Below, piece after piece: positions 11,301 to 24,621 of a stretch of DNA of 64,000 bases; the first letter of the stretch is position 1, and the number at the start of each line of letters is the position of its first letter. The stretch comes from Takakia lepidozioides (Eukaryota > Plantae > Bryophyta), in contig CM060732.1 of assembly GCA_030704615.1 (NCBI GenBank), positions 40,300,001-40,364,000 of the forward strand, written 5' to 3'. A program made the position numbers and the translations under genes. A model generated the notes under the pieces. That model did not search any database. It was not told where the DNA came from and was given only the letters and a program-made list of their open reading frames with translations.

Positions 11301-13800
11301 TGGCCCACTCTCCTCCAACCTGACTGTCAAAGTCGTTGGACCGTAAAATGTTACCATCTTTGGAGAACTCCCGGAAAAAACAGTATCTCCAGGTGAGACC
11401 TCTCCACTTCCTTATGTATGCCTCCAATGACATTTGGGGAGGGGAAACAATCGCAATGTTCAGGTCCTTCAAAGTCTGATCCAGCACAATGACGGCGCGT
11501 TTTTCGAGCTGCAAATAGTATATTTGTCAGAATTGCAAAAAAGATACACATCACATACTTGAAGAGAAGAAACAGCATGTTCGAATACACACCTGACTCC
11601 AAAATGTAGCCTTGTGGAGCCAGTTATCAAACACCAAATCACTGATTCCTTCCACCTTTGTGCAGGCTGTATGGTGCTCTTTGGGAACTGATTCAAGTCC
11701 TTTACTGTTTGATCTGAGTTCCATATCTCCAGCCACCTTATTTTTGTTTGTGGGTCGACCATCGATATGGCCAGCCGGTGCAATTTCTCCTGCTGCTGCA
11801 TCTCCGGATGCACATGCTTGTCATAGTGTGTTTTTGATCTGCTGAAGGAACTCAGGACCAAGTCCAGGATCTACTATTCTAAGCTGCTTTCCGAAGGCTG
11901 ACATCAATTTGGTTCTTCGCATCTCAAACTCCTTCTTTATTGCAGCTTCCACACCCTTTGATGTCCTTAGTTCTCTGGTGTAGTGCGGTAATATTCGGAT
12001 TTTCCCTTCTCAGCTGCCTCTGCCAAGTTCTTGCTGCATTCATTCAAGTAGTGATTAGCTCCGAAGGGACTCTAAACATGTATTCGAAAAGTAAACAGAT
12101 TACAGACTCGGGCTTACCGCATACATGTACTCCAGAAACGCCTCTCGTGTCAAAGAATACCAAGTGCCTGCAGCTCTTCCTGTTTCGCACTTCTTGATGA
12201 TATTGGGTGGTAGTACTGTCCGAAAATCATCCAGCTTCATCAGACCAATCCTCTGAATTCGGAATAGTTGTGTGAACCAAGCTTGTTGTCACATGCGATT
12301 TCTCTGTCGATCTGCAAAAACATTGGAAACATTGCATTCCTTAACACTGTTTTTTGAGGATTAACAAGACACTACAGAGGGAATCAATCTCCTGGATGAC
12401 TTACTTGTTCACGTCGTGCATAGCTGTAAGAAGCCTAGCGATGTCGTTTCCTGGATCCAAACCATTGCCTCCACAGCAACATGCTTGTCTTTGTCTTTCG
12501 AATGGTGTTTCTGAATGTATCCCCATCCATGCCAGCAATCGGTGGTTGCCGTCCCAGACGTAGAACATGTGGTTGCAAAATTGCTGGGTGTTCTTTCCCA
12601 TCATGAGGCCCAGCTCGAACTCCTCATTGGCATCTTTCCCAGCACTCATCCCAGTTATCACTGATCTCTGGAGAAACTATGTGCTTTCCCATTTATATCC
12701 GTCAGTGACACATAAAAAACTTGTGCACCAAGTCTATATCCATGCACAAAATCACTCTCCAATTTTGTTATGTCATGGGAAAGAGGTGGACGCACAACAG
12801 GCATTGATATCATCCGGCACAGAGGTATGTCCAGACGCCCTCCAGATACGAGCATGTCCCTTATAACCTCCTGAGAGTTTACCTTCTGGAATGACATGAG
12901 TTCTTTCACCTTGTCAAGGTAGTGCACTTCGGATTCATCTGCTTCATCTGTATTCTCTGAGCTTTTTGCGGACTCGTCCCCATCTCCAGATCCTTTCCCC
13001 TCTGATCCTGTAGGCTTCGACCTCACCGTTTTCTGCACGATGCCATTCAGTTCTGACTAAGCGATTTGCAAATAGTGAATGGCGGTAACGACATCACTCT
13101 GTATCAAGGAAACTCACCATGAATGGTGTGAAAGAATTCAGCACAATCTACACATGCAAAGCCGAGACTGCCGTATTCAAAACCAAAGCGAGAGCGATAG
13201 CGAACGTTAACGACAATCACAAAGATAACAACCTGCCGGATCGGTGTTGTGTAATGACATATATGTGCAACTGATTGGCGGCAACGACATTCATGTAGTT
13301 TAGGGAGAATAGTAAGTGCAGACTCTCTCTTCAAACACATAGGTACATAAATCTCATGAGCAGAATCGAATGGCGTTAACGACGCTCGCGATTCATAGTT
13401 CCTGCTAAAGAATGGAAGAGGAAGGACTCCTTGAAAGGCAATCAACAGACTTATGATAAAACTTACTGGCACCTCTTAGGTTTTGAAATTGATCCCCTTC
13501 TGCAGGCTTTCCTCTTCCCTCTCACATCTGCTGGAGTTTCGTCTGCGCAAGGGTTTTCTTGACCTTCTCCAGGTTCGGCGTTCCGCGTGCTTCCACCTTC
13601 TTCTTCTTCAGTGTCCCTGCGATCATCTCTGCCTCCACATGCTGGCGCACTCTTATCGCCGACTGTGTCGCAGCCGCGCTGCCTCATCTCCGTCTGCTCT
13701 TCTCTGTTCAGTCTCCGCGTTCACCTGCTGCCTGCCCTGCTTCTCCAATGGCTTCCTTTTCTTTCTCTTCGTCGTCATTTTCTCTCTTGCTCTGCGTCTC
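8345..13800 (-). pseudogene. Spliced ParB/Srx-like plus beta-class amino (N4C/N6A) DNA methyltransferase-fold fusion gene, with lesions in this copy
   Basis: GT-AG exons at ~13467-13800, 12405-13032, ~12117-12311, ~11553-12060, 11282-11509, 9689-10339, 9237-9575, 8755-9041 and ~8475-8660. N-terminal VRP..DITKLESDF..FYV..FYVWDGNHRLLAW is ParB/Srx-like. C-terminal order is beta-class: ADIVILDIPD (motif IV position), WRGAKEKSPAFMQILLESCS (motif X), RVVDLSVSTG|ATYHACKAGGRSLFGMEGD (motifs I-II). Frameshifts and stops in the 5' half; ends approximate. Confidence 0.75.
10481..11201. repeat. Intronic array of seven 22-bp palindromes TGAATG(T/G)CGT-CA-ACG(A/C)CATTCA
   Basis: Copies start at 10481, 10587, 10748, 10853, 10948, 11059 and 11180 (95-161 bp apart), inside the 942-bp intron 10340-11281. 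Confidence 0.9.
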
Positions 13801-14635
13801 TCTCTAAGGGAAGTAAAATAAAGAGACTTTCTTCTCTTTCGTATTCTAGAAGGAACCTCCTCCCCAGCTTGACTACCACTCTCCCTCTAAGCGCGAAAAG
13901 TAGAAAAACGCAGTGACTCCCGATTTCCTTGCGGGATTGCCTGTGTTCTTGCGTGTCTCTAGAAGCATCGGATTCCCTCCCCCCGCGGACTGTTACACTA
14001 GTCGTTTCCTTATTAGTAGTGCACATGCCAGCAATTGGTGTACAGCTGTTCGTATTCAGTTATGGATGTCTGACGTGTGCCGCCCAAAAAAACGGCGTGT
14101 GCTTTATTATAACGTGTTCATATTTAAAAAGAACAGCGAATCCCAGAAATTGATGCGCAGTCTTAAACAAATAAATATAAATGAACGAGAGTTTGATGAC
14201 AAATTTTGGAATATCATACACGGTCATCCTTGTTATCCAAACCCCCACATTCGTTCACATTTGAACTTTCCAGGTGCGCATGATCATTGGTAGTAGTATA
14301 TAGATACATTTACTTAATCTGCAATCCCATTCTCAGATCCTGTGGCATGCTTCCAGGAAGTCGGCTTTGTTATTGGGTTTATTGATGAGGTTCTGATTAA
14401 CGGTTTTAACAGTTGCCGACACTGCCCCTAGGGATTCTCTGACCACCAGGCCCACAAGAAAAGTAATTAAAATGGACGGCTGCATATCTGGAATGAATAA
14501 CAGAATATGCACAGTCGTTATCTAGCTTCCTCCGCCATATGCTCTGCTCATTCTTCAACTGTGTTTCTGGAGACAAGCATAAACCGATTTACGTAGATCT
14601 GCGATAGCAAGGTACAAACATACTCGAGAAGGAAG

Positions 14636-17600
14636 ATGGCTTCCTCTGAAGCGGAGTTCTTCTCACGACAAACCAGTGCCGTTCCCCAGGAAGTCCTTGA
14701 CAATGGATTGCAATTGTTCTGGAACATGTCTTGGCTACCCGTTTTCAGCTGCAGAATGGCTCCATCTTTTTTGGAGAAAGAGTTTTACGATCTGAAAGGG
14801 AAGTTGGTGAAATTTCTTTCCAAAACCGTGATGAACGGCTCATATCAGCCAGTGGAGAGTGCGTCCTCCTGGTCGATACAGAGTACTTGGAGAGCCTCGG
14901 CGAAAGTCCCTTGGGTCATATGTGACGCCCGGGACTGCTGCTTTCGGTCGTTGAAGACAAGAGGGAGGTGGTGGTGAAAAAGAACAGACTTCCTCCACTC
15001 CAATCGTTTGAGCTTTCGGATTCTTCGATGATGACATAATGAAATTCCAAATCCAGTCCTTCCTCTGTGGTTGCAGAAGCTGATGAAGAAGAGATTTGTA
15101 GTGTCATTCCAAAATTGCGGGGCGATGGGAGGAATGGCTGGATTCAAAAGTGAGTTCGGGGAATTGATTGGGAATCTCTTTGAAGCAGGTGCCTGTGAAG
15201 TTCTTGCCGGAGACTTTTGATGGCCGATATCCTATTCGAGCTGCCTCCTCCTCCGCGAGTTGGAGGTGTAACAATCATGATGCATGGAATGGACAAGAAA
15301 CACGACGGGCACCCGTGGTGCAAACAAAAACATCAAATATTCCGAATGATGACAAGCTTGTTTTCAGGAGGACAGTTTGCAATGGACACTTAGGTGTGAT
15401 AATTTGAATTGCAGACCCTTTCTTCTTTCTTCAGTCTGGAGTTCATAATCAAAGCGAATGGGAGGGTCTGGCGAGAATCCATTTCAGCCTGGGACTGCCC
15501 CTCCACCGGCAAACACTTTCATCTGCAAATTCTGCAACTTGTGCCATCCTGCTTGGCGCTCTGCGGAGCAAGAATGTACTATGTTGTCCACCGTTTGAAT
15601 ACATGACGAGAGCTTGTGTGCATTTTTGGATTCCATCCCATCCTGTCTCGAAGGGGATTACAGGGAGAGTGTTTGAGACAGTATCGAGGTTGATCAAACA
15701 GGAGTTCGGAGAAACCCATCCGCAACAACATCTGCAATTGCTCTTGGGCGCCAGCAGTCCTTCTTGAAAGCCATATTTTGAGTGAAGGAGATTCTGTGGG
15801 ACTAAACTTGACGGTGCAGGCATTGGACCTGGTCATGGATCATTTCTCCACTTTAAGTTCACCTAACATTCGGCATCAGATCAATGCATTGAGAATGGGC
15901 TCTGGGATCAAGAGGCTACATAGACAATATTTTGGAATTGAAACGACTGAGCAAGTACGATTACATCCAGGACAATGTATTCCCAGGTCAAGGTGCCATC
16001 AAAGTTTTTTCTTTTCCAAATGTCGACTGTTGGGGAGGGCAGTGGGGTTAGCCTCGTGAAGCGGATGCAGAAGACTGGGGACTTGCAACTGTTTTCTTAT
16101 GTTTGATCATGTGAAACGAGTGAAGGATTGGACGACAATGGCTTGTCATGTCTACTCTCCAGTGTACCAACGAGTTATGACAATTGCAGTTTGTGACATG
16201 CAATCCGAGGATACGGATCCCCAGAAGCTCATGTGGAATTCCCTGATACGTGTCATGGGCTGCCATGGGCTGCCATCTCCAAATTTCGCAGGTTTCATGG
16301 CGGATAGTGCTCAAGCAAATTTCAATGCTATTCGTATTGTCTTCGGATCGGGCGACCCAAAGTGCCTATGCCAGGAAGAGAGCGTACATGTCTATTCATT
16401 GGACACAATCTCTGGAAAAACATACAAAGTCGGACATCAAACCAGAGATGCAGACTCACAACCGTAATTGGTGCAAAGAGTACAAAGATGCTAGAACAAT
16501 GAAGGAGGCGACACTTTGTTCCCATAATTCGTGCCTGGTGGTTCTCTCTGGAGCTGCATCACTTGAGAAGTATGAGAGCATTGGAAGATTGGCTGGCGTT
16601 TTTGGCACTTCCGGTATATACAGTGGGGAGCAGCCATGACAATGGTACGAGGCTTCTATTTCATGCTTTATTTCATACATTTGCTTTCCATATTTTTGAC
16701 TCATTGCTTTCTTTATGTTGTTTCCTGTGCACTCTTCTGAAGTGTGGTTATCCTCTTTGCAGAACATGTCCATTGAGGAAATGGCGGACATGCCATCTTG
16801 CAATTTGGCAGAAACTGTCCACAATGCATGGTTGCAGCAGTCTGGGAAACGAGGTCGGGATTTGGTATGTGGCAACAACAGATGATTTGATACGTGCCTT
16901 GCAACAACAACAACCCGATACCGTGATTTCTTACAGGTGGGGTTGGTGGCAAGGGTCCGGACAAATCGGAGTTGATGTTGCGTGCTGCAAACAGATCTGG
17001 GGATCCATCAAGATAGCACGGCGGTGAGCATGTAGGCCCAGGGAACGCCACTTGTTTCTAGAGTTCCACATCTTGAAGGGGAGGAGGAGATTCGGCTCCT
17101 GTAAGAGGAAATTGAAACACTCCACCTGGTTCGGATTCAGATTCCACAGGGCAGACCGTGATAACTTCTCGAAGCCTCGTGTTTCCCCTGCATGACAGCT
17201 CCATGTCCGGAACCTCCATTGTGGAGGAACTCCAACACCGACGGCAAGCTCCAGCATCAAACCGTGCCACTGAAATGGTGCAGAGAGAACAACCCCCTTG
17301 ATGTCTTGAGTCCGCATGCCCCGACCACGTTTGGCACATAGAACGCACAAGTGTCGTGTCTCGTGTGAAATGTACAGCGAATCAGGGCAACTAATTTCGA
17401 GAAGTGCACTTCACTATATCCAGAGGTGGTTTGCCGGACTCCTGCTATCCGACTTCACCAACGGCTTGATGCGTCCATACGGTCCAACCAAAGCCAAAGA
17501 ACCACAATTTCTGGTTCTGTTCATATGATTGTGGCCAGAGGTTGCATGGAACTGTGCGCCCTTCCGTAGTGATGAAGCCAATCCTCCTCCAAACCGTTTG

Positions 17601-17640
17601 GAATCCACCGTGAAGGTTGGCCGTGAAGGTGGGAACACAT
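14636..17640 (+). pseudogene. MULE-like DDE transposase, frameshifted
   Basis: N-terminal Cys/His region (TSNIPNDDKLVFRRTVCNGHL), then MFDHVKR (D1), FAGFMADSAQANFNAI (D2), a CxxHWTQSL motif at ~16388-16412 and CNLAETVHNAW (E) at ~16799-16831. Boundaries approximate. Confidence 0.75.
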
Positions 17641-18774
17641 CTCAGCTTTCAGGGATTGAAATGCTGGAGGAGGCAGGTTTTCCTTGCGAGACAAACCCAA
17701 ACTCCATGCATGTGCTACTACTAGCGTTCTCCCGGGTCCCCCGGCGGCAAATCCTGACTTGTGGCCAACCAAACGAGATGGAAAGCTCGTTCGGCGTTTC
17801 TCTCCAACCGCTGAACACTTTGGCAAGTGGAGTCCGCAAGAATGCTCCAAGCTCGGTCGGAAGCACCACGGAAGTACCCGATCCAGGATATGGTCGGGTA
17901 TTCACAATAAGCACTGCCACATCTGCTGTTCATGACAGGACCTAGACATCACGGTTTCCAATTTCCCCAATTGCCACATGTCCTGATTTTGTGAATATGC
18001 TATCAACAGTTTGGGCAAGGAGGTAAATCATACCCTGCAACATTTGTATTTCATATTTTTGAGGAGGATGGTTGCGATCCCCCCAAACGTGACAACTCAT
18101 TAACCAGGCCACTATGAGTTTCAACGAGTCGATACTCTTTTGCAGCGGATACAACCCACATGGGGTAGCATGAACTAGGTAATGGGTATGTGGATGCACC
18201 ATGATTTGAAATGTGTAATTCACATCAATTCGTCGCTGTGCAATGATTGGCCTCCCAAACTATACGGAGTGAGGTTGAGTGACAACTTTTAGGTAGTGCA
18301 CATATTGTCATTGCCCCGTTCGAAGTCTACAGTCTTGCTGTCGCTAAGCAATACAATAATATTTTTGAAGATGATCATAACCTCTCATTGTTATTGGAGG
18401 AGGGAGGAAGTCTTCTCGTGGCAGCCTTTATGGCGCACACTTTGTGAGGATATTTTGTCGTCTTCGTAATTGTAAAAGTGAAACAAGCATTTGTAATTGC
18501 ACAATGTGGACTGCTGCAATTGTAGGCCTCAACGCTCGTCTTGATTCTATTTAGGCAAGATTCTGCATTAATTCCACGGAATAGGACATCCACGGTATAG
18601 GCGGGAATGTTAATGCGACGTGGCAGTGACGGACAGTGCCACGTCATCATTCACCGCCACATCAGCATGCTGACATGACGCTCACGACACGTCAGCGTGT
18701 GTGCAGCTCACGCCACGTCACTCCTGCTGAGCGTACGCTCGCGCGCTCACGTGCAACGCTCACGCCATTGCGGC

Positions 18775-18862
18775 GTTGCATCGTCAAAGCTGGAATTGTG
18801 GTAGATGTCATTTTGAACAATACCCTTGTGGAAGGGAGGGTTCAACAATATGGCTAAGCGAA
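18775..18862 (+). pseudogene. PPR fragment, right half of the split unit
   Basis: gttgcatcgtcaaagctggaattgtggtagatgtcat continues the 4463-4500 reference copy. Confidence 0.75.
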
Positions 18863-18887
18863 GGATAGAGTGTAATGACTGCTAATG

Positions 18888-19950
18888 AAGGCACTTCTTC
18901 AATTCACCTTGTTTTTCCTCTTATCAGAATCGCCCCTAATTATTCATGTCTGAATTCTGCAAGTTAGCTGGTTGAGTGAAGCTTTGATAGTTTGGAGTGA
19001 CTTTGACATGATTCTGCCAATGTGACAATGGAAAGTATCAGAAACAGGTAACACAGACGAGGAGAAGTTGTGGGAATGAATATTTTTCTGACCCCCGTCA
19101 ATGGTGGGACAATCGAGGCAAGAAGGTGAATGTTTGTTGGATTATAGAGAGTAGCAGATGCAATTAAGCGTAGGAACTAGTGTGATAAGTTGAGTTGGGT
19201 GCTTCCTAGAACAAGTCTAGGCTGTCATCGTCAACTGCTAGCAACAAGGACAAGGTTGTATGCATGATTCGTGCGAGGCATGGATAGTTGAAAGGAGCAA
19301 GGATGAGTGTGGGTGCAGATTCACCCAAGAGGGCCAGACTTCAAGCTCCAGATTAACTATGAAGCTACAAGAAACCTGCAGGGGTAGATGGTCAACTGGC
19401 AGCAACGGCAAAATGATAAAATCAGACATTGTTAATGAAGGCATCTTCTTCAGCAATTTCACCCTGTTTTTCCCTCTTATTAGAATCGGTCCAAAATTTC
19501 CATGTTTGAATTATGCAAATTAACTGGTTGAGTGAATCTAGTTTGGAGTGACTTTGACATGATACTGCTATGTGACAACATGAAAGTATCAAAAACAAGT
19601 AACAGACATGAGGAGAAAGCTGTGGAATGAACCTTTTCTGCCCCCAGTCAATGATGGGACAACCGAGGCAAAAAGGTGAATGCCTGCTACTTCAGAGAGT
19701 AGCAGACGCAATTGAGCATAGGAACTAGTGTGATAAGTGAGTTGGGTGTTTCTAGAACAAATGTAGGTTGTTATTGTCAGCACTACTAGCAGCAACGCAA
19801 GGATGAATGCATGATTTGTGCAGGGGCATGGATAGCTGAAGGAGCAGGGATAGAGTGTGGTCCAGATTCATCTAGAGGGCCAAATTTCAAGCAAAAGATT
19901 TACCTATGATTCCCTGTGGATCAATAACTACAAGAAACCTCCATGGTAGA
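18888..19950. repeat. Diverged ~550 bp tandem duplication
   Basis: ~18888-19400 is collinear with ~19438-19950 (shared gagagtagcaga..gcaatt and taggaactagtgtgataagt). Confidence 0.75.
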
Positions 19951-20820
19951 TGGTCTATTCCGTGGAACTCACTGAAGTCTTGCATTATGAGGATCAGAAC
20001 TGCTTGACTTGCACGAGGCTTGACCCTTAGGCAATCCCAGAGCAACAGTAACTTTTGGGCTGCTTTTTTATTTTGTGTTTTTATTTTGTCCCATAAGCTC
20101 TTTGAGCTTTGAAGATGTAATAAAGTACCATTTTGTTTCATTTCATTCATTTTCATTTCATTTTGTTTCATGGCATGTCTTCATCGTTTGTGCATTTTCT
20201 AATGCATGATTAGTTCTCTTGTATGGCATTACTAGTCGACTCACTACAAACACCAAAACTCCAAGCATGAATCACTATGAATGATTGTTCAAGTAATTCG
20301 AGCACTTCATGTAAAGTAGTAAAGCAGTGGTTGCGCCAACTTCCGCAGTCGCAATTGCCACTGGGCATGTAGCACTGCAAGTTATGTGGTCTACTACCAA
20401 GTGGCGCCCGGCCCGTGGCAACGTGGCAGCAGTGGTGCTCGTCGTGGCGCCGCCACGTCGGCATCCACATCGTCGTCCCCGTCCGCGTCCATGTGTCACC
20501 GCGCTTCAGTGAGTCGGTCCACTCATCCGGAGGGAAAAGTCAAAATCAGCCCAAAAGGTCAGACACACGGGCGGCCTGCCTAGTTGCGCCACGTGGTTCT
20601 TCAGCATAAATCGCATTAATCGCTGAGCCCGTTGTTCGCGCGTCTGCGTTCCCTTACCACTCCAATCATTGGATGTCCAACCCAACTACCACGTCTGTTG
20701 TAACTAGTGTTGTAACTTCCAGTCGATCCAGTTTTGAATTTTACGACTCAAAATGAGTCGTTACCCCAGTGGTAAATGACACGAATGCTCTAGTGTCAAC
20801 AAGGTGGGTCACCACGAGCA

Positions 20821-21050
20821 GCACTACCTACACTGCTCAGCTTCCCAGGATCGCATGCTTTCCGGGATAGTGGACCTGGCCTCATGTGGGATGCTCAGTT
20901 CCAGCAGTTAGTGGAGCCTAATGCCGACGAGCGAGAGTGGGCTATGGGTTTTTCCATTGGGACCACGGCGATGCCTTCTCTTTTGAGGCATCACGTCGTC
21001 AGGTGTTGGGGCAAGCAATGGATCTAAATTGCTTGACCTGGATTATCAGC
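20821..21050 (+). pseudogene. C-terminal part of a C5-cytosine DNA methyltransferase (TRD, motifs IX-X) upstream of the gypsy RT
   Basis: Hand translation ALPTLLSFPGSHAFRDSGPGLMWD..VEPNADEREWAMGFSIGTT / (frameshift) EASRRQVLGQAMDLN fits the E-x-x-R-x-x-G-F-P...R-x-x-x-L-G-N-A/S pattern. Confidence 0.7.
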
Positions 21051-24000
21051 TTGGCTATGGCTGAGCAATGTAGAGTGCAAAGTGCACTTCCCTTGACGGT
21101 CTCTCTGCCTACCGAGACGGTACAGGCAGTGAGTGGGGGCGAGCCGGTGAGACCACGGGGGTAGACATCCATGGCACACGTGGGAGGTGCTCGAGGTTCA
21201 GAGAGAGTTGGGCCAAGGCGGCTGTGATGATGAGGTTGGGGATTCTTCTCGGGTTGAGGAGGTCCCTCAAGGATGAGATGATGGGGCAGGATGAGGCCTA
21301 TCATTGACTGAGCAGGCAGGGGAGTACTGCTCAAGAGGTTGCGGCATAGCAACCACGGGACGCGTCTCTACCTCTAAGTCTACTGGACTTAAGGTTGCAG
21401 TTACGGAGGGCAATTGGGAGCCTGACATTGGACCCATTGTCACTGGAGGAGAGAGACGACGTATACGGCGGTTCATGAGGGCTTACAGAAATTGCTTTGC
21501 CTTCAGTTTGAAGGATTTGGGAGCATTGAAGGGTCAGGAGATTCGTATTGAGTTGGCCACCGGACACGCCAATCTTTCGGAGACCCTATAGATACAGTGA
21601 CATGGAGAGGTCTTTGATTCAAATGAGGACTCAAGATCTCTGGGAGACTGGTTTGGTGGAGCTCTCTAGTGAGAGGATGCTTCAGCCATGGTGATGCCAG
21701 CCAAGAAGGATGTCTATGGCAATTGGACGGAGAGACGTATGTGCGGTGATTACCGGCCTGTAAATCGTCAGACCAAGTCTGATAAGTATGCCATGCCCAC
21801 ACCGGAGGAGATCTTTGAGCACGGGAAGGATTGGCCTCTATCATTGGCGATTCTTACTCATTTGGGCTTTAAGAACGCTCCTGCAGAATTCCAGAGAGTC
21901 CTGGACTGATTCTAGCAGGGGTGGACTTTGCTCGTGCTACAAGATGACATCATCATCTTTAAATGTTAAAATGCTACGGTGGAGGAGCACAAAGAACACC
22001 TTCAGGTGGTATTTGAGCGCTTGAGAGCGCACGGATTAAAATTACATCCGGGGAAGTGCAAGTTCTTCCACAACCAGATTGAGTATCTGGGGCACATGAT
22101 ATATCCTGGAGGATTGGGGGTGCAGCAGACTAAGGTAGAGGCCATTGCACAGATTCCACGTCCCACGGATGTGAGCGGAGTTTGAGCTTTCATGGGGTTG
22201 GCAAACTACTATAGACGGTTTGTCAAGGGATTTAGTGCTATTGCAAAGGCTCTAACCAAGCTGACCAAGGTAGACCAGGAGTGGCAGTGGGAAGATGACA
22301 AGAGCGAGCTTTTCAGGAGCTCAAGGCAAAGGTTGACCTCGGCGTCGATCTTGAGACGACCTATCAGGGGGCGTCTCTTTCAGGTGCATACAGATTGGAG
22401 CATGCTGGGGCTTGGAGCGGTGCTCACACAGGTGGATGATGAGGAAAGAGAGTTCGTAGTGGCTTATGCTAGTCGCTCGAACAACGTTGCAGAGTCTAAG
22501 TATAGCTCATATGAGGGGGAGTGCTTAGCTGCAGTGTGGGTCGTGGCATACTTCAGGTGCTATCTATACGGCAATCTCTTCACCCTTGTCACGGATCACC
22601 AGCCACTCAAGTGGTTGATGGAGTCAGACAAGCTTACATGGAAGCTTGCACGGTGGGCACTTATACTCCAAGATTATGACTTTCAGGTTGTGCATCGACC
22701 GGGTTCGGTCAATAGGGATGCGGATGGATTGAGTCGCAATCCATGCACGAGCCAGCAGGATGACACTGGAGCTCGGTGGCATGGTAAGACGAACGAGGAG
22801 ATGGTATCGGGATGACATGCATCTGCCTTTTTGTGTATCTTGGCATTGGGAGGTCAGGTTGGACCTACAACAGGGATGACTGTAGACGGAGTGTCTGAGG
22901 ACCCTGAGGCTAGAGATGAGCTAGGTGGTGCCAGAGATATACATGAGGATTTGGTTGTGTTGGACTACCTCCGCACTGGAGACACGGCAGCTAGTGTGAC
23001 TGCCAAGGAGAGGGATCGGATCCTGCAACGAGCCAAGAGGTTCAAGTGGGAGGGGATACACCTACTTTGAGTGTGGGAGGATGGTCGGGTGAGGATCATG
23101 CCTCACCCAACACAGCGTGCACGGTTAGTGCAGCATGCCCATGAGGAGTTGGGGGCATTTTGGAGTGCGACGTACTCATAGTTTACTGCAGGGGCAATAT
23201 TGGTGGCGTGGTATGCACACAGAGGTGCAACAGTTTGTGGCTAGGTGCATGGTGGGTGACAGGGTGCGTGCTTCATTCAATGCCCCTACACCACAGTTGC
23301 ATCCATTACCCATCATGGGATTGGGCTACGGGTGGAGTCTTGATTTCGCAGGGCCTTTGCCACTGACGATGCGTCACCACAGATATGTGTTGGTGATGGT
23401 GGAACACTTCTCCAAGTGGATTGAGTTGGTTCCATTGCCTGACAAGGCTAGTGAGGGGCTGCGTATGCAATCCTGGATCGTGTATTTAGCCGATTCGGTG
23501 CTCCAGTTGAGGTACTCACGGACCAAGGGAGAGAGTTCTTGGGGGAGTTTCAGGCTTTGTGTGATAAAGCCTTGATAGACCACCGTACCACTTCTCGGGA
23601 TCATCCTGAGGCCGATGGCTTGACAGAGAGAGTGGTGCAGACGGTAAAGAGGGGTTTGCGCAAGTATGGCTTGCAAAACGAACACCTATGAGATTGGGAT
23701 CTTCAGGTACCTTGGCTAGCCATGGGCTACAGGTTTAGCAAGCAAGCATCACTTGCCTCCTTCTCACCATATTTCCTTTTCTTTGGCCGAGAGCCAGATT
23801 TGTCTGCGTCTATTCGTAGGGAGGCTGCAGTAGTCCTCAACTTTGATGATCTAGATGTGTGGACACAAACATGTGCCCAGCGGACATAGTTGTTCAAGAG
23901 AGTCATGCCTATGGCTTTTGAGAATCTTGCTATTGCCCAACACCGAGACACATTGAGGTATGTCACTATACGTGTTCGGCCAGATGTTCGGCATTTCCAC

Positions 24001-24621
24001 CCTGGGGACTATGTGTATCTGCAGCAGACAGCGCCTACGACCTTGGATGTCACAGCAGGACGTGTGATTCTAAGGGTCAGGGAGGTGTTGCCTTCAGGAG
24101 TGTTGATTCTAGAGGGTCGAGATGACATGGTATGGAAGGACCATGTGCATAATTGTGTGTCATGTCACCTTCCACATGTGGATGGGAGGATAGATCCCAA
24201 CCTTGTAGTGGTACCTGCAGGATTGCGTTGCATGCTATGTGGGCATGATCGTGGTGCCGCCACTATGCTGGTGTGTAATCGATGCTCAAGAGGTTGGCAC
24301 ATGGGATGCTTGACACCACCTCTTGAGAGGGTTCCTAATGGAGATTGGTTATGTCCACACTGCTTGGGATAGTGGCAGTTCACAAGACATGGGAGGCCAA
24401 GCTCATAGGAGTCAATACCCAAGATCTCAGGCTCAAGTTCACATGTTGCAAGACGACGACTAACGATGGGGCAACTCTTGTACCCGGCCTCTTGATCTAT
24501 TGAGTTTGAGTGTAGTATGGACAGTGGTGGAAGACTTAGTGAGGCTATGGCCACTATCACATCTTGTGGCTACCTAGACTCAGAGGAACCTAAGCGCCAG
24601 CTAGGGGGGTGATTGTGATGG

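Larger units (their letters stand above)
7444..18774. mobile_element. ~11.3 kb Mutator-like (MULE-type DDE) DNA transposon with two divergent genes
   Basis: Flanked by the imperfect direct repeat GTTGCAT(G/C)GTCAA (7431-7443, 18775-18787) and splits a PPR unit whose empty site is visible at 4443-4500. Imperfect terminal inverted repeats ggcgtgagc..cacgtgagcgcg(t/c)gagcg (7456-7488 vs 18737-18766). Internal transposase remnants. Confidence 0.8.

Noticed and set aside
20385-20660. GC-rich cacgt-containing patch as a TE terminus or the gypsy 5' LTR
   Set aside because: No matching partner end or TSD, and no similarity to the LTR start at 24614.
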